Shown here piece by piece: positions 1 through 10,800 of a stretch of DNA of 64,000 nucleotides. The notes below the pieces were generated by a model. The model searched no databases, was not told where the DNA came from, and worked only from the letters and a program-made list of their open reading frames with translations. Position 1 is the first letter of the stretch, and every line of letters starts with the position of its first letter. This stretch comes from Planctomyces sp. SH-PL62. GTDB taxonomy: Bacteria > Planctomycetota > Planctomycetia > Planctomycetales > Planctomycetaceae. The DNA is taken from contig CAMDPX010000006.1 in the NCBI GenBank assembly GCA_945905295.1, positions 22-64,021 of the forward strand, written 5' to 3'. A program made the position numbers and the translations under genes.

Positions 1-173
1 CCAACAAAAAAAACTCCCGATCCGTCCTCACCGCAGCTATCCCAGACAAGCTCTCCCAAAACGTTCAAAATCCACCAGTGGAACTCGAAAGACCAAACCC
101 AATGCGACAAAGTAAGTGCCATTGGGCTAACGCCCGCCGGCTCGCCTGTGGTTCCGAAACGGTGCCGATGGTT

Positions 174-1370
174 TCAAGCCTTCTCCGCCACCAGCACCAC
201 AGTGAAGGTGCTGCCGTGACCGACTTCGCTGGAGACGTTCAGCGAGCCGCGGTTCTTTTCGAGAATTGCCTGTGAGAGTGCCAAACCCAATCCGATGCCG
301 CGGGCTTTCGTCGAGCGAAATGGCTCGCGGATACGGGGGAGATCTTCCGCGGCGATTCCGCAACCAGTGTCGGTCACAGACACCTCGATCTGATCTTGCA
401 CGTGCCGTGCCGACAGCGTCAGACATCCGCCGCCGGGCATCGACTCGCAGCCGTTGCGGATCAAGTTGCTGAAGACAATGGCCATTTGCTTGTCGTCGGC
501 GAGGGCCTTGGGGAGGCCATTCGGAACCTGAAAGATCAACTCCACATTGTTCGGCCACGAGTCGAGCGGTGCCGAATTCTTTAAGCAGTTGAGAATTGAA
601 ATTGGTTGCAGGTTCGGCGACGGCAGCTTCGCGAACTCGGACAACGCCGTAATCACCGAGTCGGACACGGCGACTTGCCGTTCGATGCGTTGCAGGTGTT
701 CGGCAATCTTTTCCGGTACGGCGTTTTTGGAATTCCGCAGGAAGTACACCGAAGTGCGCATCACGTTGAGCGGATTCCGCAACTCGTGAGCGACCCCGCC
801 CGCGACTCGTCCGATCGCGGCCAGTCGTTCAGAGCGCATCAATCGATCGTTCGTGGCGGTCTCGTAAGCGTCTTGAATGATCGCCAGATCGAGGTCCAGC
901 AGCGTGGTCAGCGACCGCATCGTGGCCGCGAGTTCGTTGACGTCGCCATCACCTGGCCAGTTCTGCCGGAGGACTCGCAGCAGTCCGTTCCGCAACCGCG
1001 AGATGGCCGCCTCAACATAGATTTGCTTGAGGCCGATGTCGACATGCCGATAGCCGACTCGAAAGCGACGTTCGACAAAGGCCATGTCATAGGGACCGGT
1101 GACGAGCTCCCTGAGCCACGCTCGCAGCGTCCCCTTCAAGCGTTCGACCTGCGCGTCGCCGCCGGTGATGACCTTGCGAGTCCCCTCATGCTCGGCGATC
1201 TCGCGATAGAAGTCGTCAATGAGTTCGATAAACGACGACTCCACAAACGGCGCGGCGGCACGAACCCGCTCTGCGTCGGCCTGCGTCCAGCCGACGTAGC
1301 GTTGGATTTCTTGATACCGCTCAAACAATTCATCGACTCGTACATCGAGCGCCACAATCGGACCTTTCAT
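174..1370 (-). CDS. globin-coupled sensor histidine kinase (protoglobin-type sensor + HisKA + HATPase_c)
   Basis: ORF 174..1652(-) trimmed to the ATG at 1370 (MKGPIVALD...). The upstream part of the ORF runs through a palindromic repeat and looks non-coding. Globin-sensor-like segment with candidate proximal His (FRVGYRHVDIGL). H-box VAHELRNPLN, N-box LIRNGCESM, G-boxes DTGCGI and GIGLGL. Confidence 0.8.
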   Translation of the reverse strand: MKGPIVALDVRVDELFERYQEIQRYVGWTQADAERVRAAAPFVESSFIELIDDFYREIAEHEGTRKVITGGDAQVERLKGTLRAWLRELVTGPYDMAFVERRFRVGYRHVDIGLKQIYVEAAISRLRNGLLRVLRQNWPGDGDVNELAATMRSLTTLLDLDLAIIQDAYETATNDRLMRSERLAAIGRVAGGVAHELRNPLNVMRTSVYFLRNSKNAVPEKIAEHLQRIERQVAVSDSVITALSEFAKLPSPNLQPISILNCLKNSAPLDSWPNNVELIFQVPNGLPKALADDKQMAIVFSNLIRNGCESMPGGGCLTLSARHVQDQIEVSVTDTGCGIAAEDLPRIREPFRSTKARGIGLGLALSQAILEKNRGSLNVSSEVGHGSTFTVVLVAEKA

Positions 1371-1552
1371 TGGCCCAAACAAGTAGGGACGGGCACTCCT
1401 GCCCGTCTCTGGTCGAGGAGCAATCCGCCAAAGGCGAACCGGCCGACGTCGCAGAATAACAAATAGCCGCGCGAAACCAGTCCCCCATCCCCCAGGAACC
1501 TTTGACTGTCCCAGCGGTAACCAGTTTCGCGCGGCAAGGCACTTTTTGTTTT

Positions 1553-1631
1553 GTAGGTTGGGACTCTGTCCCGACCCAGTTGGCCAGGATGCAACCCCAA
1601 CCCGGTTGGTCGGGACGGAGTTCCAACCTAC
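1553..1631. repeat. REP-like palindromic element, family A (GTAGGTTGGGACTC.GTCCCGACC ... GGTCGGGACGGAGT.CCAACCTAC)
   Basis: 24-nt arms at 1553..1576 and 1608..1631 are reverse complements (one mismatch). Same arms recur at 57363..57418, and as a half-site at 7135..7158. Lies between the csrA stop and the kinase start. Confidence 0.9.
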
Positions 1632-1636
1632 CAACA

Positions 1637-1849
1637 CTAACAGTGAGCACACTTCAAGACCCGCGTTCGAGGGCCGGGCTCACGCGAGACGGACGGAACT
1701 TTCGTCAGGAGTTCTTCTCGCAAGACCGGAACCTCGGCCGGTGCCACAATCCCCAATCGGACTTGGTTTCCCTTGATGCCGATCACTCGCACAACGATGT
1801 TTTCGGCGATGCGGATTTCCTCGTTCAGCTTACGGGAGAGAACTAACAT
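1637..1849 (-). CDS. csrA: carbon storage regulator CsrA
   Basis: ORF 1637..2041(-) trimmed to the ATG at 1849. MLVLSRKLNEEIRIAENIVVRVIGIKGNQVRLGIVAPAEVPVLREEL is the canonical CsrA fold signature. AAGGAG precedes the ATG. Confidence 0.9.
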   Translation of the reverse strand: MLVLSRKLNEEIRIAENIVVRVIGIKGNQVRLGIVAPAEVPVLREELLTKVPSVSREPGPRTRVLKCAHC

Positions 1850-2089
1850 GGCCGTGCTCCTTGCTGGCGGCGGATCGGCGAAGGCACTGGCTTCTTCCTT
1901 GTAAGCCTCGCACCTTCTCTGTCGGGATACCGAACCGTTCGTGGCCTGGCAGAATCTGCCGGTCGCGAAGGACGTGCCGAACTTGAGAACTCTTTGAAGA
2001 ACACGCTCCGGTGTCCGACAATGGTCGTTCTTTCGAGGCAATTCACGGGATTCTCAGCCGAAATCGTAGGACGCCGATCTTGGCTGTCA

Positions 2090-2109
2090 CCGAAGTCTCA
2101 CGACTTCGG
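2090..2109. repeat. short hairpin CCGAAGTC-TCAC-GACTTCGG followed by CTAC (family F)
   Basis: Perfect 8-bp stem. The identical hairpin in opposite orientation sits at 32571..32590, preceded by GTAG. Confidence 0.8.
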
Positions 2110-2376
2110 CTACGGGGATCTGTGCCATTCGCGCTCATGACGTGCGGCCTTGCACACGTCTCGCTCAACATCACGGCGCTGGCACGCTCTTCGCAATCTC
2201 ACAACCCCCCCCTGTAAACTGCCAAATCCGGCAGACCTGCCTGGCTCCGATTTTCACCCGCCTGGGTTTCTCCGGCACTCCCATTCCGAAACACATTCCG
2301 CCTCGCGAGTTGTTGGTGCGGCGTCGAGTCTTCAAACTACGCGTGCGCACGGCTCGACTAACCAGACTGTCCTCCT

Positions 2377-3126
2377 ATGAACAACTTACTTGCGACCCCT
2401 CAGCGGCCGACTCGTTTGCTGGTCGTGGATGACGACCTCGACACCTGTGCCAATCTGTCGGACATCCTGTCGGACATCGGCTACGACGTGCAAACCGCTT
2501 CCGATGCCACGTCGGCACTGCGTACGATGGATCAGCGCGCCTTCGATGTCGTGCTGTTGGATTTGAAGATGCCCGGCATGGATGGCCTGCAACTCTACCG
2601 CGAACTGAAATGCCGTTCGGCGTCCACCGTCGCGATCTTGATCACCGGCTACGCAGACGCCGAAACGCGCCAGCGAGCCGAACAACTCGGCGTGTGGCGC
2701 ATCCTGCCAAAACCGGTCGATGTCCCGGCGCTCTTGCCTCTGATTTCCGAAGCGGCGAAGCAACCGCTGCTCTTGATCGTCGATGACGACTCCGACTTCT
2801 GTGCCAGCTTGTTCGACGTGCTGCGCGACCGCTCGTTCCGCGTTGGCATCGCGGGGACGGCTCAAGAGGCCGCACTGCAATTGAGCCGCCAAGAGTTCCC
2901 GATCGTATTGGTCGATTGGCGGCTACCGGACGCTGACGGCTTGCAGTTCTTAGAAGAGATTCACAGCCAACATCCGCAGGCGAGAACCATGCTGTTGACC
3001 GGACATCGTCACGAGCTGACCGAGCAATTGCAGAAGAACTCGCTTCCCGGCGCGGATGTCTTTTTCTACAAGCCGCTCGAAATGGCTGCGTTTCTGGATA
3101 CGCTGCAACGCTGGGCGATTCGTTAG
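2377..3126 (+). CDS. response regulator with two tandem receiver (REC) domains, no output domain
   Basis: REC1: LLVVDDDLDTC...VVLLDLKMPGMDG. REC2: LLLIVDDDSDFC...IVLVDWRLPDADG. Both keep the acceptor Asp context. Confidence 0.85.
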   Translation: MNNLLATPQRPTRLLVVDDDLDTCANLSDILSDIGYDVQTASDATSALRTMDQRAFDVVLLDLKMPGMDGLQLYRELKCRSASTVAILITGYADAETRQRAEQLGVWRILPKPVDVPALLPLISEAAKQPLLLIVDDDSDFCASLFDVLRDRSFRVGIAGTAQEAALQLSRQEFPIVLVDWRLPDADGLQFLEEIHSQHPQARTMLLTGHRHELTEQLQKNSLPGADVFFYKPLEMAAFLDTLQRWAIR

Positions 3127-3141
3127 ACGCCGTTTCAAAAC

Positions 3142-3203
3142 GTAGCCTGACTCTCCGAGTCGGGATTTTTCCGAACGATTCCCGACTCGGAGAGTCAGGC
3201 TAC
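3142..3203. repeat. REP-like palindromic element, family B (GTAGCCTGACTCTCCGAGTCGGG ... CCCGACTCGGAGAGTCAGGCTAC)
   Basis: Near-perfect inverted repeat directly after the stop of the REC-REC gene. A composite relative lies at 59582..59698. Confidence 0.9.
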
Positions 3204-3241
3204 GGAGTCTTGCCCCCAATTCCTCACCACGGATTCATCTT

Positions 3242-4363
3242 ATGCCTCAAAACTCGGTCGAGCTTCCCACTCCCGATGCGTTGGGGCCGTTGTCGCTGCT
3301 GGTCGTCGAAGATGATCCCGACACGCGCAGCAACTTGATCGACATCCTCGAAATGGACGGCTACCGCGTGCAGGCCGCCGAGACTTTCGGACAAGCCTTA
3401 CGCGAAGCCCGTTGGGACGAATACTTCGCAATTGTGCTCGATCGCAAACTGCCCGACGGAAACTCCGAGAATTTCTTGCCGCAATTGCGACAGCTCGCGC
3501 CGCAGGCTTCCATCGTGATTGTCACCGGTTACGAGGATTTGACCGGAGCAATCGCCGCGCTCCGCAACGGAGCCTCGGACTACCTCATCAAGCCGGTCGA
3601 TGCCGACACGCTACGCTCGCGGTTGCGGCAACTGGCCGAGAAGCGGCAAGCCGAACTCGCCTTGAAGGTGGCCAACGCGCGCATGTTGCAAGCCGAGCGG
3701 CTCGCCGCCATCGGTCAGATGATGACCGGCCTGGTCCATGAAAGCCGCAACGCGTTGCAACGGGGCGAAGCTTGTTTGGAAATGCTCAGCCTCAATCTGC
3801 AAGGGCAACCGGACTCGCTGGACTTGGTGGCGCGCGTCCAAAAGGCTCAGAAGAAACTGCACGGGCTGTTCGAAGAGGTCCGCAACTACGCGGCCCCGAT
3901 CAAATTGGAACGGACCGATCACGATCTTCGCGATGTGCTCGAAGAAACCTGGGAGAACCTGGTCTGGTCGCGGCAAGGCCGCAATGTGTCGTTCAATCTT
4001 CCCAAGTCAGGCACGTCGCCGCGCTGCTCGGTCGATGCCAATCGACTCGAACAAGTCTTTCGCAACATCTTCGAGAACTCATTAGCGGCGTGTGCCGATC
4101 CCGCGCGAATCGACATCACTTGGAAACCGACGAAACTCAACGGCCGGCCGGCCTGGCAACTCTCCCTCGCCGACAACGGCCCTGGCATGTCCCCCGAACA
4201 ACGCCAAAAAATCTTCGAGCCGTTCTACACGACGAAACCGACCGGCACCGGCCTTGGCATGGCGATCAGCAAACGCATCATCGACGAGCATGACGGCACG
4301 ATCGCGGTCAATGAGATGAAAACGGAAGGGACTGAAATCCTCATCACACTGCCAGCGGCGTGA
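3242..4363 (+). CDS. hybrid response regulator/histidine kinase (REC + HisKA + HATPase_c)
   Basis: N-terminal REC (LLVVEDDPDTRSNL...AIVLDRKLPDGNS). H-box GLVHESRNALQ. G-boxes DNGPGM and GTGLGM. Confidence 0.85.
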   Translation: MPQNSVELPTPDALGPLSLLVVEDDPDTRSNLIDILEMDGYRVQAAETFGQALREARWDEYFAIVLDRKLPDGNSENFLPQLRQLAPQASIVIVTGYEDLTGAIAALRNGASDYLIKPVDADTLRSRLRQLAEKRQAELALKVANARMLQAERLAAIGQMMTGLVHESRNALQRGEACLEMLSLNLQGQPDSLDLVARVQKAQKKLHGLFEEVRNYAAPIKLERTDHDLRDVLEETWENLVWSRQGRNVSFNLPKSGTSPRCSVDANRLEQVFRNIFENSLAACADPARIDITWKPTKLNGRPAWQLSLADNGPGMSPEQRQKIFEPFYTTKPTGTGLGMAISKRIIDEHDGTIAVNEMKTEGTEILITLPAA

Positions 4364-4473
4364 CCGCGCGAGCCGGGGTCGGTGGAGCGCCCTCGCAACT
4401 CTTCGAGCATCGGCGGAATGCGGTTTGCCATTCACTCTGCGAAACAACGTCCCGCCATCGAAAGCCCACCGTC

Positions 4474-5760
4474 ATGTTCCGTTTCGCACTCTTTCTGATC
4501 ATCGCCGCCGCCCCACTGTCCGCTTCCGCACAGTTCGACATCGAACGCGAGCCGGTCAACTATCTCAAGTCGCCGCTATCCGATCCGATCAGCCAGTTGC
4601 AGAAGCGAATCAATGCCGACGAAGTCCGGCTGACGTTCGACGACAAAAGCGGCTACCTGGCCTCGGTGCTCAAAACGCTCAACATTTCTGAGACCTCGCA
4701 AATGCTGGTCTTCTCGAAGACGAGCTTCCAGCGCAGCCGCATCAACCCGCGCACGCCGCGAGCGATCTATTTCAGCGACGACGTTTACGTTGGCTGGTGC
4801 GTACACGGCGATGTTGTGGAAGTCTCGGCCGTCGATCCGCAACTCGGCGGCAACTTCTATTCGCTGAACCAAGAGGAAGTGGACCATCCGAAGTTCTCGC
4901 GGCACACCGACACTTGCACGCTGTGCCATGCCTCGTCGGTCACGCAAGGAGTCCCTGGCCACTTGATTCGATCCGTGTTTCCCGACAGCGTCGGCAATCC
5001 GATTCTCAGCACGACGACGTACCGGACGACGTCGCAAAGCCCGCTCAAGCAGCGGTGGGGCGGCTGGTATGTCAGCGGCACTCACGGCCAGCAGCGGCAC
5101 ATGGGAAACATGATCGCCAAAAGTTCGCGCGAGCCGGAAGCCTTCGACGCCGACGCCGGCGCGAACGTGACCGATCTCTCCAAACTCATCAACGTCGAGC
5201 CGTATCTCACGCCACACAGCGACGTCGTCGCGTTGCTCGTCTTCGAGCATCAGGCTCCGGCGCACAACGCGCTGACGCTGGCCAACTATCAAGCCAAGCT
5301 CGCGCTCCGCGATGAAGAGATCCTGCGGACGATGAGCAAAGAACCGAACCTGCCACGCACGGAAAGTATTCAGCGGCGGCTCGATCATTCCGCCGAACTC
5401 GTGCTGAAACATTTCCTCTTCGTCGAAGAAGCGGCGCTGACGGACCGCATCCAAGGGACATCCGGCTTCGCCGAACAATTCGCCCAACGTGGCCCGCGCG
5501 ACAAACGTGGCCGCTCGCTGCGCGACTTCGATCTGCGAACACGCATCTTTCAGTATTCGTGCAGCTATCTGATTTACTCCGCAGCCTTTGATGGATTGCC
5601 GCCGGAGTTGAAAGCGATCGTCTATCGCAAGTTGCACGACGTGCTCACCGGCATCGACCAATCATCAACGTACCAGCACTTGTCGAAAGAGGATCGCCAG
5701 ACAATCCTCGCCATCCTGCTCGACACGAAGCGGGATTTGCCGGCATCGTGGCGTGAATAG
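4474..5760 (+). CDS. secreted hypothetical protein with a single CXXCH heme-c-type motif
   Basis: ORF 4360..5760 trimmed to the ATG at 4474 (MFRFALFLIIAAAPLSASAQ, signal-peptide-like). Motif HTDTCTLCHASS. No other family recognised. Confidence 0.6.
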   Translation: MFRFALFLIIAAAPLSASAQFDIEREPVNYLKSPLSDPISQLQKRINADEVRLTFDDKSGYLASVLKTLNISETSQMLVFSKTSFQRSRINPRTPRAIYFSDDVYVGWCVHGDVVEVSAVDPQLGGNFYSLNQEEVDHPKFSRHTDTCTLCHASSVTQGVPGHLIRSVFPDSVGNPILSTTTYRTTSQSPLKQRWGGWYVSGTHGQQRHMGNMIAKSSREPEAFDADAGANVTDLSKLINVEPYLTPHSDVVALLVFEHQAPAHNALTLANYQAKLALRDEEILRTMSKEPNLPRTESIQRRLDHSAELVLKHFLFVEEAALTDRIQGTSGFAEQFAQRGPRDKRGRSLRDFDLRTRIFQYSCSYLIYSAAFDGLPPELKAIVYRKLHDVLTGIDQSSTYQHLSKEDRQTILAILLDTKRDLPASWRE

Positions 5761-5806
5761 CCTTCTGCAATTCAGACACGGCCGCGGATGAACGGCAGAG
5801 ACCGGC

Positions 5807-7801
5807 ATGACCAACAACAAGTCTGCATCAACCGCAACGACTCAGCCGGGCGACGAGCATCGCTTTGACAAGTGGATCGCGTTGCTGGCCTTGATCGCGA
5901 TCAGCGGGTATCTGGTCGTGAGATTCGGCGGCCACGCGGATGACTCGCTCGGCCCATTCACGTTGACCGAATGGCCGTTGATCACCGCGCTGGCGGGAGG
6001 CGGTCTGCCGCTGGTGGCCGAGCTGACTTGGAAACTGGTACGTCGCGAGTTCGGCTCGGACCTTTTGGCCGGCATCTCGATCGTTACGTCGATCGTTTTG
6101 GGCGAGTACCTCGCGGGGACGCTCGTCGTGCTGATGCTCTCTGGCGGCGAGGCGCTCGAAGCCTATGCCATGCGGAGCGCGTCGTCGGTCCTCGCCGCGT
6201 TGGCCCGGCGCATGCCGTCGCAAGCTCATCGCAAAACAAACGAGACGATTCACGATGTCGCGGTCGATCAAGTCGTCGTCGGCGACACGCTGCTGGTGTT
6301 TCCGCACGAAGTGTGTCCGGTCGACGGTACGGTGCTCGACGGGCACGGCACGATGGATGAGTCGTTCCTCACCGGCGAACCGTATCTGATGCCGAAGTCC
6401 TCCGGCTCGACGGTCATCTCCGGCGCACTGAATGGCGAAGCGGCGTTGACGATCCGAGCGGACAAGCTCGCGGTCGATTCGCGGTACGCTCAGATCATGC
6501 ACGTCATGCGCGCGGCCGAAGAGCGTCGCCCGCGCCTGCGTCGCTTGGGCGATCAACTCGGCGCGTTCTACACACCGCTGGCGGTCGGACTCGCGTTGCT
6601 GGCATGGGGGCTAAGCGGTGACGTGCATCGGTTCCTCGCCGTGTTGGTCGTCGCGACACCCTGCCCGCTGCTGATCGCGATTCCGGTAGCGATCATCGGT
6701 TCGATTTCGTTGGCGGCTCGACGCGGCATCATCATTCGCGATCCGTCGGTACTCGAACGGATTGAGACCTGTCGCACGGCGATCTTCGACAAGACCGGCA
6801 CACTGACGTACGGGCAACCGGCGCTGACCGAGATCATCGTCGGAGACGGGGTCGGGAGTCTTTTTCAGGTCGGCCCAATGTCAGCAGAATTGCATCGCGA
6901 ACTGGATGGCCGACCTGAGAAAGACTCCCGACCCCTTTCTGCGGACAAAGCGTTGTCGCTGATCGGAAGCGTCGAGCGGTACTCAAAGCATCCGCTCGCG
7001 GCGGCGATCCTGAACGTCGTTCGCGAGCGACACCTCGCGCTGCAAGACGCCACTGAAGTTCACGAACTTCCCGGCCAAGGATTGACCGGTGTTGTCGCTG
7101 GTCGCCGCATTCGCATCACTAGCCGAGGCAAGCTGGTCGGGACGGAGTCCCAACCTACAACCGTCGACCTCCCGCCGCAGGCGGCCGGGATGGAGTGCAT
7201 TGCGATTATCGACGACCTGATCCCGGTGACTTTGCGGTTCCGCGATCAGCCGCGAGCGGATGGGGCGTCGTTCGTGAAACATCTCGCGCCGAACCATCAC
7301 TTCCAGCGGGTGATGATCGTCTCCGGCGACCGCGAGTCGGAGGTCCGTTATCTCGCCGATCTTGTCGGCATCCACGAAGTCCACTTCAGCCAATCGCCCG
7401 AGCAAAAGCTGGCCATCGTGCGGGCCGAAACGCAACGAGCCAACACCGTCTTCGTCGGCGACGGGATCAACGATGCACCGGCACTGACGATCGCGACCGT
7501 GGGCATCGCGTTCGGCGGCAGCAGCGACATCACCTCCGAGGCCGCGCACGCCGTGATCCTCGACAGCTCGCTGAGCAAAGTGGACGAGTTGCTGCACATC
7601 GGCAAACGTCTGCGGCGGATCGCGCTGCAAAGCGCGGTCGGCGGAATGTTGCTGAGCCTCGTCGGAATGCTTCTCGCCGCGTCCGGTCACTTGCCGCCGG
7701 TCGCCGGCGCGATCGCTCAAGAAGTCATCGACTTGCTGGCCGTGTTGAACGCACTGCGCGCGGCGCGGTCGTCTGGAAGTCTGACGGATTTCGGCTCGTA
7801 G
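5807..7801 (+). CDS. heavy-metal P1B-type ATPase, TPCP-motif (P1B-5-like) subtype
   Basis: DKTGTLT phosphorylation motif, [11 protein letters not shown] hinge, TGEP-type actuator (FLTGEPYL), TM motif [11 protein letters not shown]. No N-terminal CxxC metal-binding domain and no C-terminal extension. Confidence 0.85.
   Translation: MTNNKSASTATTQPGDEHRFDKWIALLALIAISGYLVVRFGGHADDSLGPFTLTEWPLITALAGGGLPLVAELTWKLVRREFGSDLLAGISIVTSIVLGEYLAGTLVVLMLSGGEALEAYAMRSASSVLAALARRMPSQAHRKTNETIHDVAVDQVVVGDTLLVFPHEVCPVDGTVLDGHGTMDESFLTGEPYLMPKSSGSTVISGALNGEAALTIRADKLAVDSRYAQIMHVMRAAEERRPRLRRLGDQLGAFYTPLAVGLALLAWGLSGDVHRFLAVLVVATPCPLLIAIPVAIIGSISLAARRGIIIRDPSVLERIETCRTAIFDKTGTLTYGQPALTEIIVGDGVGSLFQVGPMSAELHRELDGRPEKDSRPLSADKALSLIGSVERYSKHPLAAAILNVVRERHLALQDATEVHELPGQGLTGVVAGRRIRITSRGKLVGTESQPTTVDLPPQAAGMECIAIIDDLIPVTLRFRDQPRADGASFVKHLAPNHHFQRVMIVSGDRESEVRYLADLVGIHEVHFSQSPEQKLAIVRAETQRANTVFVGDGINDAPALTIATVGIAFGGSSDITSEAAHAVILDSSLSKVDELLHIGKRLRRIALQSAVGGMLLSLVGMLLAASGHLPPVAGAIAQEVIDLLAVLNALRAARSSGSLTDFGS
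6848..6935. repeat. intragenic palindromic element (GGGGTCGGG family) inside the ATPase CDS
   Basis: Arms GGGGTCGGGAGTCTTTTTCAGGTCGGCC (6848..6875) and GGCCGACCTGAGAAAGACTCCCGACCCC (6908..6935) match at 27 of 28 positions. Translated in frame as ...[30 protein letters not shown]... Confidence 0.85.
7135..7158. repeat. half-site of REP family A inside the ATPase CDS
   Basis: GGTCGGGACGGAGTCCCAACCTAC is identical to the right arm at 57395..57418. Translated as ...[10 protein letters not shown]... No left arm nearby. Confidence 0.8.
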
Positions 7802-7881
7802 CATCGACACTTTTCACTCTCGGTCAATTAGGCTACGACCACGTCAGTGACAACAACTCACAACGAACTGCCACGCGCCCC

Positions 7882-10800
7882 ATGATGAAACAACTTCTGG
7901 CCATTCTCGCCTGTCTGTTGCTGGCCGCTCCGTTAGCGGCCCAGGAGCGTGTGCGGTTCAGTCGCGATGTGCTGCCGATCCTGACCGAGAACTGTTTTGC
8001 GTGCCACGGCCCGGACGAGTCGCAGCGGAAGGCCGATCTCCGGCTCGATCAGCGCGAGGGAGCCCTGACGGTGCTCTCGCTGGAGAAGCCCGCCGAGAGC
8101 GAATTGCTGGCGCGAGTGCTTTCGACGGATGACGAAGTGGTCATGCCCCCTCCGGCATCGCACAAGAAACGTCTCACCGCGAAGCAAGTGGAGACGCTGC
8201 GCCGCTGGATCGAAGCGGGAGCACCGTGGGGCAAGCATTGGGCGTTCGAGCGACCGGTGCAGGTTGATCCGCCGAAGATCGCCGCTCATCCGATTGATGC
8301 GTTCGTCCGCGCGCGGCTGGCGGAGGAAGGACTCGCACCAGCGGTTCGCGGATTGCGACACACACTCGCGCGGCGCGTGTCGTTCGATCTGACGGGGCTG
8401 CCTCCATCGACGAGTGAACTCGATGAGTTCTTGAAAGACGACTCCAACCTCGCCTACGAACGTTTGGTCGATCGCCTCTTGGCATCGGAGCATTTCGGTG
8501 AGCGGTTGGCGATGTGGTGGCTCGATGCGGCCCGCTATTCCGACACGGACGGGTTTCAAAATGATGCGACGCGGACGAACTGGCCGTGGCGCGATTGGGT
8601 CGTCAGTGCGTTCAATCTCAACCTGCCGTTCGATCAATTCACCATCGAGCAATTCGCGGGGGATCTGTTTCCCAACGCGACTCCGGAGCAACGGCTGGCG
8701 ACTTGTTTTCATCGCAATCACATGACGAACGGCGAAGGGGGCCGCGATCCCGAAGAGTCACGGATCGACTATGTGATCGATCGCGTCAGCACGACCGGCA
8801 CGCTCTGGCTGGGGCTGACGCTCGGCTGCTGCCAGTGTCATTCGCACAAGTACGACCCGATCACGCATCGCGATTTTTACTCGCTGACCGCCTTCTTCAA
8901 TTCCATCGACGAGGACGGTAAAGCGTCCAATGCCGCGAAGCCGTACCTGTCCTATCAATCGCCGTTGGCCGCGCGGGCTGTTCAAGAGGCGCAGGAACTT
9001 GTCGATCAGTGCAAGCCGCGCGAAGCGCAGGCACGCACAGCGGCGGAGGCACCGTTCGCGGACTGGCTCGTCGCTCGCGCGGCGGAAGTGAAAGACGGCT
9101 TCCAAGCCTGGCATCCGCTGGTGAATGCCGAACTCGAATCCATCGAAGGGACGCAGCTCTCGCAAACACCCGACGGAACCGTGCAGGCCAGTGGAGCGAA
9201 TCCGCGTCAGGACGATTATCGACTCGCCGCAACGGTGAAGTTGTCGCGTGTCACGGGGCTGAAGTTGGAAGTGCTGCCGCACGAGTCGCACACCGGCGGT
9301 GGCTTGTCGCGCGGTCGATCGGGCGAGTTCATTCTCACGGATATCAAAGTGCAGGTCCGCCGGCGCGGCAGTTCGCAGATTCGCGATCTCCTGGTCGCCA
9401 ACGCCGTCGCGGATGTTTCGGCCGAGCAGAAGGATGCCCGCAGCTACGGCGATGTCAAAGGCGTACTCGACGACGACCCACGCAACGGCTGGACCACCAA
9501 GAGTCACGATCCCAAGCACCCTCACTTCGCCGTGTTCGCGCTGGCGGAGCCGCTCGAACTGGAGGCGGATGAGGAACTCGTCTTCGAGTTGCGTCACCGT
9601 TCGACGGACGGCGATGCGAACATCGGCCGGTTCCGCGTCTCTGTCACCGATCAGGCCGGAGCGACCGTGCGCAGCATCGACACGCCGCTGCTGGAGCAAC
9701 TCGCCGCGGCGAAGCTCGCTGACCTGAAACAATTGGATGAGAAGCTCCGAGCAAAACTCTTCGACCAGTTCCTCGCGGATCACGAGCCGTATCAAATCGA
9801 GAAGGCCGCGTTGGATCGCGCGACGCGGCAGTTGAGCGAAGTTCAGAACGGAGCGAAGAAGATCGACGTGATGGTGCTCGCCGAACGGGCGGAGCCGCGT
9901 CCGACGCATGTGCTCTTACGCGGTGTGTGGGACAAGAAGGGCGAAGTCGTCCCGCGCGATGTGCCGGCAGCGATCGCGCCCTGGTCGGCCGAAGAACCTC
10001 GCACGCGGGAGCAACTCGCGCATTGGATTGTCTCGCGCGATAACCCGCTGACCGCGCGCGTAATCGTGAATCACTTCTGGCAGATGTTGTTCGGCACGGG
10101 GTTGGTCAAGACCACTGAGGACTTCGGCTTGCAGGGAGAACGGCCGACGCATCCGGAGTTGCTCGATTGGCTGGCGGTCGATTTCATGGAGCACGGCTGG
10201 GACATCAAGCGACTGCTGAAGCTGATCGTCACCAGCGAAACGTACCAGCAAAGTTCGTCGGTCTCGGCCGGGCTGTTGGCACGCGATCCAGAGAATCGCC
10301 TGTTGGCTCGCGGGTCTCGATACCGTCTGCCGAGCTGGATGTTGCGTGACGCGGCGTTGAAGTCGTCCGGGCTGTTGAACTCGGCGCTCGGTGGTCCACC
10401 CGTAAGGCCGTACCAACCAGACGGCGTCTGGGAAGAGATGTTTATGGGCCGCTTCAAATACGAACCGAGCGAAGGCGCGGCACAGCATCGCCGCACCCTC
10501 TATGCCTTTTGGCGGCGAGCGATCGCGCCGACATTTTTGTTTGACTCGGCCCAGCGCCGCGTTTGCGAAGTCCGCCCCTCGCGCACGAATACTCCGTTGC
10601 AGGCGCTGACGCTGCTCAACGATGCCAACTACCTCGCGGCAGCCCGTGCGCTGGCCGCTCACGCGCTGCAAGCGGGGGCTGATCCGGCAACTCGTCTGGC
10701 CGAGATCACACGCCGAGTCGTCTCACGTCCGCCGACGACACGCGAGGCCGTGATCCTGGAGCGAGAACTCGATCGGGCGTTGACCCACTACCGCGCGCAT

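Noticed and set aside
7195-7881. N-terminal extensions of ORF-track entries, for example 7195..7881, 30702..31235, 1371..1652, 35680..35802 and 4360..4473.
   Set aside because: The extensions overlap the previous gene or run through palindromic repeats. They are Arg-rich junk and are followed by an internal ATG with a good signal peptide or family-typical N-terminus.
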